A stretch of DNA of 53,522 bases, taken from NCBI GenBank assembly GCA_964591715.1, contig CAZQDR010000002.1, positions 3,614-57,135 on the forward strand. The letters are read 5' to 3'. The position numbers and the translations under genes are program-made. This DNA comes from an uncultured Candidatus Saccharibacteria bacterium (lineage in GTDB: Bacteria; Patescibacteriota; Minisyncoccia; Phycocordibacterales; JACOZG01). The notes under the pieces are model-generated. The model did not search any database and was not told the DNA's origin. It saw only the letters and a list, made by a program, of their open reading frames with translations. This document shows, one piece after another, positions 47,173-53,522 of the stretch (within the stretch, counting starts at the first letter, position 1; every line of letters begins with the position of its first letter).

Positions 47173-49400
47173 TGGAGGCCTACGATCATCAAAAAATCGA
47201 AAGTAAGTGGCAGGCCGAGTGGGCGAAGCTGGGTTTATATCAAGCTGCCACCGAAAGCACTAAACCAAAGTTTTACGGCTTAATTGAATTTCCGTATCCG
47301 TCGGGTGAGGGCTTACATGTGGGTCACATTCGTTCCAATACGGCGATGGACATTATTGCCCGCAAGCGCCGGATGGAAGGCTTTAATGTCTTGTATCCGA
47401 TTGGTTGGGATGCTTTTGGCTTGCCAACCGAGAACTATGCGATTAAGACCGGCAAGAAGCCGGCCTTGGTGACGAAGGAGAATACAGATAACTTCCGGCG
47501 GCAGCTTCAGGCGCTTGGCTTCTCGTTTGATTGGTCACGCGAGATTAACACCACGGATCCCAATTATTATCGCTGGACCCAGTGGCTCTTTTTGCAGTTC
47601 CATAAGCAGGGACTGGCTTACAAAAAGAAGATGACGATAAACTGGTGTCCCAAGGATTTAACGGGCTTGGCTAACGAGGAGGTGATTAATGGTTGTTGCG
47701 AGCGCTGTGGGACGCCGGTTGAGAAGCGAGAGAAGGAGCAGTGGATGCTCGCGATCACTAAGTACGCTGACCGGCTCGACAAAGATTTAGATGATGTCGA
47801 TTACTTACCGCAAATAAAAACCCAGCAGCGTAACTGGATCGGCCGCTCGGAAGGCGCGGAGTTTGATTTCTCTGGAATTAAAGTTTTCACTACGCGACCG
47901 GACACGATTTTTGGGGTTACTTTTGTGGCCGTATCGGGAACGTTGGCGGAACTATTGACGGGTAAAAAATTTGATATACCGGTAGCGGTTGATCGGGAAG
48001 AGAAGGAGAAGGTTGGATTTGATACCGGTTTGAAAGTAAAAAATCCCGCCAGTGGCGAGGAGGTGCCGGTTTGGGCAGTTAATTATGTCGCCAGCGATTA
48101 TGGCACCGGCGCCGTGATGGGCGTACCCGCCCATGATCAGCGTGATTTAGAGTTTGCCAAAAAATATAATTTACCAGTTTCTGAGGCAGCTCTTGTGGAA
48201 AAAGAAGTTGGAATCACCAAGGGTAGCGGAATTAAAAAAGTAAATTACAAACTTCGCGATTGGGTGTTCTCGCGACAGCGCTACTGGGGCGAACCAATCC
48301 CAATGATTAACTGTCCTAGTTGTGGCTGGGTGCCAGTACCCGAGGAGCAATTACCTGTCACCTTGCCCGATGTGGAGCGTTACGAACCCACTCAAACAGG
48401 GGAGTCGCCTTTGGCCGCCATTGAGTCTTGGGTCAACACCACTTGTCCGAAATGTGGTGGCGCGGCTAAACGGGAGACTGACACGATGCCTAACTGGGCC
48501 GGATCTTCCTGGTATTACTTGCGCTATACCGATGCCCAAAACGAAAAGAGTTTTGCTAGTAGCGAAGCGCTAAAGTATTTTACACCCGTGGATTGGTACA
48601 ACGGCGGGATGGAGCATACCACTCTTCACTTGCTTTACTCACGTTTTTGGCACAAGTTTTTGTTTGATCAAGGTTTGGTGCCGACCGCCGAGCCGTACCT
48701 CAAACGGACCTCGCACGGCCTTATTTTGGCCGAAGGGGGCGAGAAGATGTCTAAGTCGAAGGGGAATGTGGTAAGCCCCGATAAGCTGGTTGAGCTTTAC
48801 GGCGCGGACACCCTGCGGCTTTACGAGATGTTTATGGGTCCCTTTGACCAGCCGATTGCCTGGAGCACCGAAAGTCTGATTGGTCCGCGCCGGTTTTTGG
48901 AGCGGGTCTGGAAGTTGCAATCCAAATTGAGTCCCGGAGCTGATGAGTTAGGCAGCTCACTTAATCAGACCATTAAAAAGGTCTCCGAAGATATCGAGGC
49001 ATTAAAGTTTAACACCGCCATTTCCGCTTTAATGATTTTAGTTTCCGAAATGGAGAAGGCTCCGGTCTTGGGTCATCAAAGTTACGAAGTTTTGCTTAAG
49101 CTTTTGTTTCCGTTTGCGCCGCATGTGTCGGAAGAGCTCTGGCAATCACTCGGCCACCAACAGTCAATTGGTCTCGAGACCTGGCCCAGCTACGATGCCA
49201 CGGCAATTTTGGCTGAACGACGGATTATTGTTCAGGTTAACGGTGTTAAAAGAGCCGAATTAGAATTGGTCGCCGAGACGGATGAGGCGATGATTGAGAA
49301 AATGGCTCAAGCTAGCCCCCTAGTAGCTAAGTGGCTCGACGGTAAGGAGATTAAAAAGATAATTCATGTGCGGGGTAAGTTAGTCAACCTTGTGGTCTAA
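47172..49400 (+). CDS. leuS: leucine--tRNA ligase
   Basis: 742 aa. HVGH (GLHVGHIRS), KMSKS, CP1 editing-domain signature TTRPDTIFG, GTGAVMGVPAHDQRD. The ATG overlaps the upstream TAA by 1 nt. Confidence 0.95.
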   Translation: MEAYDHQKIESKWQAEWAKLGLYQAATESTKPKFYGLIEFPYPSGEGLHVGHIRSNTAMDIIARKRRMEGFNVLYPIGWDAFGLPTENYAIKTGKKPALVTKENTDNFRRQLQALGFSFDWSREINTTDPNYYRWTQWLFLQFHKQGLAYKKKMTINWCPKDLTGLANEEVINGCCERCGTPVEKREKEQWMLAITKYADRLDKDLDDVDYLPQIKTQQRNWIGRSEGAEFDFSGIKVFTTRPDTIFGVTFVAVSGTLAELLTGKKFDIPVAVDREEKEKVGFDTGLKVKNPASGEEVPVWAVNYVASDYGTGAVMGVPAHDQRDLEFAKKYNLPVSEAALVEKEVGITKGSGIKKVNYKLRDWVFSRQRYWGEPIPMINCPSCGWVPVPEEQLPVTLPDVERYEPTQTGESPLAAIESWVNTTCPKCGGAAKRETDTMPNWAGSSWYYLRYTDAQNEKSFASSEALKYFTPVDWYNGGMEHTTLHLLYSRFWHKFLFDQGLVPTAEPYLKRTSHGLILAEGGEKMSKSKGNVVSPDKLVELYGADTLRLYEMFMGPFDQPIAWSTESLIGPRRFLERVWKLQSKLSPGADELGSSLNQTIKKVSEDIEALKFNTAISALMILVSEMEKAPVLGHQSYEVLLKLLFPFAPHVSEELWQSLGHQQSIGLETWPSYDATAILAERRIIVQVNGVKRAELELVAETDEAMIEKMAQASPLVAKWLDGKEIKKIIHVRGKLVNLVV

Positions 49401-49445
49401 TACTTGACTATAATTTAGCGCCATGATAGAAATAAGCCATTAATT

Positions 49446-50486
49446 ATGACAAACATGACTAAAGAAGTAATCACTTTCAAGCCCAAGAAGGTCACCAAGG
49501 ACCTGTTGGCCGGTTTGCCTGAGCGCGCGCGCCAAATTATCAAAATGCGTTACGGTTTGGACGAGAAGGACGGCATGACGCTTGAAGCGATCGGCCAAAC
49601 CTACAATATTACTCGTGAGCGCGTTCGCCAAATCGAAGATTTTACTTTGAAGTCAATCCGCAAGTCACCAGCGATGGGTTCAACCTTGGATGTTTTCAAC
49701 GAGCTCCACGCGGCCATGGAGGAATACGGCGGCATTGTCCACGAACAGGAGTTTTTAAACTTCTTAACTAAGGATCGGGTCACTCAAAACAATTTACACT
49801 TTTTGCTCGTGTTGGGTGAGTCATTTGATAAGCTGCGGGAGGACGACTCCTTCCATCACCGCTGGACCGTTGATCAGGATTTTGCCCAGTCGGTCCACCA
49901 GTCATTAAAAAACCTTTGCACCAAGCTGACCGAGGATGACTTATTGAGCGAGGGTGAGATGGTCAATAAATTTTTAGAAAATCTAAATAGCGAAATTAAG
50001 CCCGAGGCAGCCAAGCCCCACGCGCGCCGTTGGCTTGCCATCTCCAAGGACATTGGCCAAAGCCCGATTGGTGAGTGGGGTCTAACCAAGTCGCCCAATG
50101 TTAAAGTTCGCGGTATTCGTGACTACGCTTACCTGATCATGCGTAAGCACGGTTCACCAATGCACTTTACCGAGGTAGCTAAGGCTATCGAATCAACTTT
50201 TAGTCGCAAGGCTAATCCAGCTACTTGTCATAACGAATTAATCAAGGATAACCGCTTTGTGTTAGTTGGCCGCGGCATGTACGCGCTGGCTGAATGGGGT
50301 TACTCCAAAGGTGTCGTCCGTGACGTTATTCGATCGATCATCAAGGAGGGTGGTCCAATGACCAAGGAGGACATCTTAAGCAAAGTGATGAAAGAACGTT
50401 ACGTCAAAGAGAACACGATTTTGGTTAATCTCAAGAACCCAAAACACTTCAAGGAGGACAAGCAAGGCCGCTTCTCCATCGCCTAA
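49446..50486 (+). CDS. sigma-70 region-4-like HTH protein with C-terminal HARE-HTH-like domain
   Basis: 346 aa. LPERARQIIKMRYGLDEKDGMTLEAIGQTYNITRERVRQIE matches sigma region 4.2. IRDYAYLIMRKHGSPMHFTEVAKAIE...FVLVGRGMYALAEWGY matches the HARE-HTH (RNAP delta N-terminal-like) pattern. No sigma region 2 was seen. Confidence 0.65.
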   Translation: MTNMTKEVITFKPKKVTKDLLAGLPERARQIIKMRYGLDEKDGMTLEAIGQTYNITRERVRQIEDFTLKSIRKSPAMGSTLDVFNELHAAMEEYGGIVHEQEFLNFLTKDRVTQNNLHFLLVLGESFDKLREDDSFHHRWTVDQDFAQSVHQSLKNLCTKLTEDDLLSEGEMVNKFLENLNSEIKPEAAKPHARRWLAISKDIGQSPIGEWGLTKSPNVKVRGIRDYAYLIMRKHGSPMHFTEVAKAIESTFSRKANPATCHNELIKDNRFVLVGRGMYALAEWGYSKGVVRDVIRSIIKEGGPMTKEDILSKVMKERYVKENTILVNLKNPKHFKEDKQGRFSIA

Positions 50487-50501
50487 AGTTTACAAATTGA
50501 A

Positions 50502-50537
50502 AGTCCCCACCAACTCAACACTGGTGGGGACTTTTTA
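50502..50537 (+). terminator. intrinsic terminator
   Basis: agtccccacca / actcaacac / tggtggggact, a perfect 11-bp stem, then TTTTT. Confidence 0.85.
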
Positions 50538-50542
50538 ATTAT

Positions 50543-50550
50543 TGTAGAAT
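50543..50550 (+). promoter_or_regulatory. -10 box TGTAGAAT 6 nt upstream of ATG 50557 (leaderless-type)
   Basis: attTGTAGAATatactcATG. Confidence 0.45.
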
Positions 50551-50556
50551 ATACTC

Positions 50557-51906
50557 ATGCACACGTTTTTGGAGCTGATGGAAGATCTTTGGTTGGTAAT
50601 CGTAATCTTTGTTGCTGCCGCCGCTTTGATTATTTGGCTCTCATTTAAAGTCTCGACTGGTTCGGTGTTCGGGCTAGCTCTATACTATCTGCTCATCTTC
50701 TCTCCAGTTTGGATCTCCTTTTTGCTGGCGATCGTTGGCTGGGATCTGTGGTTGGTCTATATTCGTTCGCTGTCGGTTAGTAAAATTAAGCCGGTCTTAC
50801 TTGAAATTAAATTGCCGAAGGAGGTGCGGCGTTCGCCAATGGCCATGGAGGTCTTTTTTAGCGCCCTATACCTAACGGGCAGCTCCTCCTTTTTGGAGCA
50901 GTACTGGCATGGCAAAATTCGCCCCTGGTTCTCACTTGAGCTGGTATCGCTTGGGGGCGCGGTGCACTTTTATGTTTGGACTGATGATAAGAACCGCGCC
51001 ATCGTTGAGGCCCAGCTTTACGCTCAATATCCCGAAGCAGTAATTCAGGAGGTTGATGACTATACCAAAAACGTGACCTGGGATCCGGTCAAATGGGGGA
51101 TGTGGGGCACCTACTTCCGTCTTGGCGAAATGGATGCCTATCCGATAAAAACCTACGTTGATTATGGTTTGGACAAGCCAAGCGCCGAGGAAGAGGAGAA
51201 GGTTGACCCGCTGACCTCAATGCTCGAGTATCTTGGATCACTAAAGCCACACGAGCAAGCTTGGGTCCAAATCCTGATCCAGGCCCACAAGAAGGAAGGC
51301 CTTAAAGAGGGTCGCTTGTTTGAGCGTCCGGATTGGAAAAAGGAGGCTCGAAAGGAGATAGAGAAGATTCGCGAGGAGGCGACTCCAGAACGGCCCGGTT
51401 CTGAGTACCCGGGCTTTCCCAATCCCACCAAGGGACAGGTTGAGAAGATTGCTGCCATCGAACGCAGTATTAGTAAGTATCCGTTTGAAACGGTTATTCG
51501 TTGCATGTATGTAGCCAAGGATAATAAGTTTGGTCCCTCGAGTATTCCTGGTTTGATTGGTAGTATTCGACAATACAATTCTCGCGAGCTTAACGGTTTT
51601 AGCCTCGGCTGGTTGACCGATCACGCTGATACGGCTAAGGATTTAGTTACCGCGTTTGGCTGGCTGCCATTTTTTGGTAGCTACATGGCCAGCCGGGTTG
51701 ATAAAATGAAGCGTCAGATGCTAGATGCTTACAAAAAGCGATCTATCTTCCAGCCCCCTTACAAAAACTTTCACATCAAACCATTTATTTTAAACACTGA
51801 GGAGTTGGCCACCATCTTCCACTTGCCAGGTCAGGTAGCCTCTACCCCGACACTGCAGAAGATCGAGTCCAAGCGCGCCGAGCCGCCCACAAATTTACCC
51901 CTTTAA
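50557..51906 (+). CDS. membrane protein of unknown function (3 N-terminal TM + large soluble domain)
   Basis: 449 aa. No Walker motif seen. The segment LLEIKLPKEVRRSPMAMEVFFSALY...FSLELVSLGGAVHFYVW...AQLYAQYPEA recalls the N-terminal modules of some CPR ATPase-fused proteins, but this is an unverified memory. Confidence 0.55.
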   Translation: MHTFLELMEDLWLVIVIFVAAAALIIWLSFKVSTGSVFGLALYYLLIFSPVWISFLLAIVGWDLWLVYIRSLSVSKIKPVLLEIKLPKEVRRSPMAMEVFFSALYLTGSSSFLEQYWHGKIRPWFSLELVSLGGAVHFYVWTDDKNRAIVEAQLYAQYPEAVIQEVDDYTKNVTWDPVKWGMWGTYFRLGEMDAYPIKTYVDYGLDKPSAEEEEKVDPLTSMLEYLGSLKPHEQAWVQILIQAHKKEGLKEGRLFERPDWKKEARKEIEKIREEATPERPGSEYPGFPNPTKGQVEKIAAIERSISKYPFETVIRCMYVAKDNKFGPSSIPGLIGSIRQYNSRELNGFSLGWLTDHADTAKDLVTAFGWLPFFGSYMASRVDKMKRQMLDAYKKRSIFQPPYKNFHIKPFILNTEELATIFHLPGQVASTPTLQKIESKRAEPPTNLPL

Positions 51907-51908
51907 TA

Positions 51909-52796
51909 ATGCTCACACCCAAACTAACCAAAAAGGAAACTGTTTTTCTGGTCCTACTACTTGCCTTAATGGTGGTTGGTCTTTTTTTTATGCCACCAAA
52001 GGACTTTCCGGTTAACACCGTGGTCCGTGTGGTAACAGGAGAAAGTCTTGACGATACCGCCGACCGCCTCCATCGGCGGGGTGTCATTAGTACCCCAGCC
52101 TTGTTCAAATCATTGGCTCGCTTGATGGGTAATGGTCAGGTGCAAGCCGGCTATTATCAGTTTGAGGAGCCGCTACCACTCTTGGCGGTCATAAATCGCT
52201 TGCGACGCGGAACCTCGACTCTTAATCCGGTACGCGCGGTGTTGTTTGAGGGATTTACCAATCAGCGGATGGCTGACGCTTTAGCCAAGCTTAAGTTGCC
52301 GCAGTTTAAAAAAACTGAATTTTTGGCGCTGGCCTCGAGTTCGCAAGGGTATCTCTTCCCGGATACCTACTTTTTTCCGAGTCAGCTTAGTGCAGCAGAT
52401 ATTATTGATTTGATGCAGGCAAATTTCGAGCGGCGCACAAAAACGATCCAAGCGGGGTTAAAGTACTCCAATCGCAGCTTGGACGAGATAATTAAACTGG
52501 CCTCAATTATTGAGCGCGAGGCGTCAGATCCTGCCGACCGACGGATGATTGCGGATATTTTGTGGCGACGCTATGATGTTGGCCATCGGTTACAAGTGGA
52601 CGTGGCACGAGAGACTTACCGGCAGAGCGGCTTCCCTAATCAGCCGATCGCTAACCCGGGACTCGATTCGATTAACTCGACCCTTGAGCCGACACCCAAC
52701 GATAACTGGTTTTACTTGTCAGACCGCCGGGGTGTTACGCACTACGCCGTTACGTACAAGGATCATCTAAAGAATATTAATACTTACTTACGCTAA
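51909..52796 (+). CDS. mltG: endolytic murein transglycosylase MltG (YceG-like)
   Basis: 295 aa. N-terminal TM. GYLFPDTYFF, LASIIEREA, ...NPG..SI.A.L.P......YF motifs. Confidence 0.85.
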   Translation: MLTPKLTKKETVFLVLLLALMVVGLFFMPPKDFPVNTVVRVVTGESLDDTADRLHRRGVISTPALFKSLARLMGNGQVQAGYYQFEEPLPLLAVINRLRRGTSTLNPVRAVLFEGFTNQRMADALAKLKLPQFKKTEFLALASSSQGYLFPDTYFFPSQLSAADIIDLMQANFERRTKTIQAGLKYSNRSLDEIIKLASIIEREASDPADRRMIADILWRRYDVGHRLQVDVARETYRQSGFPNQPIANPGLDSINSTLEPTPNDNWFYLSDRRGVTHYAVTYKDHLKNINTYLR

Positions 52797-52802
52797 AATC
52801 TG

Positions 52803-53354
52803 ATGAAGAAGCATAATCTAGCTTTTATTGATTTGGAAACGACGGGTACCGATCCCGAGCGTCACGAGATTGTGGAGATTGGTTGCTTGATTGCCAAGCA
52901 GGTGCCCCGGCCGGGCAAGGGACCAACTGTCGAGATGATTGAAGCTTTTGATATTAAAGTCCAGCCCGAGCACATTGAGACCGCTGAACCCGAAGCCCTC
53001 CAAATCAACGGCTATAATAGCGCCGACTGGCTGTTTGCGGTGTCGCTACCTCAGGCACTAAAGATGTTGGCCGACAAAACTGGCGGAGCCATTATGGTCG
53101 CCCAAAACGTAACCTTCGATTGGAATTTTTTAAACAAGGCTTTTGCCAAAACGGGGATTGCTAACCCGATGCACTTTCCGAAAATTGATTTAATCTCGAT
53201 GGCTTTTGCCAAGCTTTATCATGACGAGCGGGTTCAACGTTTTGGTCTCGGCGCTCTGACGGATCACTTTGGCCTAAAAAATGACCAGGCTCACACGGCG
53301 CTAGCCGACATCAAGGTAACCTTTGAAATTTATAAAAAACTACTGGACTTATAG
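52803..53354 (+). CDS. DEDDh 3'-5' exonuclease (DnaQ/epsilon-like)
   Basis: 183 aa. Exo I FIDLETTG, Exo II VAQNVTFDWNFL, Exo III HTALADI. Confidence 0.8.
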   Translation: MKKHNLAFIDLETTGTDPERHEIVEIGCLIAKQVPRPGKGPTVEMIEAFDIKVQPEHIETAEPEALQINGYNSADWLFAVSLPQALKMLADKTGGAIMVAQNVTFDWNFLNKAFAKTGIANPMHFPKIDLISMAFAKLYHDERVQRFGLGALTDHFGLKNDQAHTALADIKVTFEIYKKLLDL

Positions 53355-53522
53355 GCCGGCGATACTAGTTGCCGCATAGAGGACACTAATACCAAAAATA
53401 GTTGCAACGGTGGTCCAAACTGTTGGATGTTGATGATGGCTCTCTGGTAATAAGTCGCTAGCGCCGAGATAGAGGAAGAAGCCCGTAAAGACCGCCAGCA
53501 CCATACCGACAGTCTGCTCCGG
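53349..53522 (-). CDS. ZIP-family metal transporter, C-terminal 57 codons (partial; continues beyond the window)
   Basis: Translated by hand from the reverse complement: ...VLAVFTGFFLYLGASDLLPESHHQHPTVWTTVATIFGISVLYAATSIAGL*. The GFFLY.GASDLLPE motif is typical of ZupT/ZIP proteins. The stop overlaps the exonuclease stop region by 6 nt. Confidence 0.6.
   Translation of the reverse strand, partial: PEQTVGMVLAVFTGFFLYLGASDLLPESHHQHPTVWTTVATIFGISVLYAATSIAGL

Noticed and set aside
1-53522. Alternative genetic code (UGA or UAG reassignment, as in some CPR-related lineages)
   Set aside because: TGA ends full-length conserved genes (uvrB 23041..23043 and the formyltransferase-like gene 45973..45975). 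TAG and TAA also end conserved genes at their normal length. Only one in-frame TAG exists (10205), which is best explained locally.
1-53522. CRISPR arrays, diversity-generating retroelements, prophage or transposon
   Set aside because: I found no array of short direct repeats with spacers, no reverse transcriptase, integrase, transposase, terminase or capsid-like ORF, and no long terminal inverted repeats. The collagen/beta-helix gene is the only phage-like element.

Overview
This is a gene-dense 53.5-kb bacterial window that uses the standard genetic code: TGA, TAA and TAG all end full-length conserved genes. The conserved backbone holds nucleotide-excision repair (uvrB 21019..23043, uvrA 23642..26254, a short uvrC 27801..29057), leuS, tgt, ychF, ddl, a PBP5-type DD-carboxypeptidase, mltG and a DEDDh exonuclease. 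It also holds a histidine-kinase/receiver pair, an ABC-2 exporter whose permease is broken by an in-frame TAG, a GT4-GH57-GH15 alpha-glucan cluster, a CE4 deacetylase, an NDP-sugar dehydrogenase and two tRNA-Ala genes. Shortened housekeeping proteins, GerMN-like, DUF5671-like and sigma-region-4+HARE-HTH proteins, and many -10 boxes sitting 6-8 nt from the ATG suggest a small-genome Patescibacteria (CPR)-type organism; this is inference only. About 20 GC-richer orphan cassettes are interleaved with the backbone. Most are monocistronic, each with its own TTGACA-type promoter, a strong GGAGG Shine-Dalgarno (SD) site and a hairpin terminator. The best candidate for something undescribed is the 0.9-5.9 kb island, where six such units surround a secreted collagen-stalk/beta-helix (tail-fibre-like) protein bracketed by two paralogous small proteins. 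Secondary candidates are the AT-rich, low-coding spacer at 43997..45183 (mini-ORFs, repeats, a 19-bp perfect palindrome, a possible structured RNA), a 445-aa protein with six copies of a 19-aa motif, a stand-alone RNAP alpha-CTD-like protein, and a small convergent gene pair between uvrB and uvrA. I saw no CRISPR array, integrase, transposase, reverse transcriptase, or recognisable defence ATPase or nuclease. All family calls come from reading the translations and are unverified by any search.
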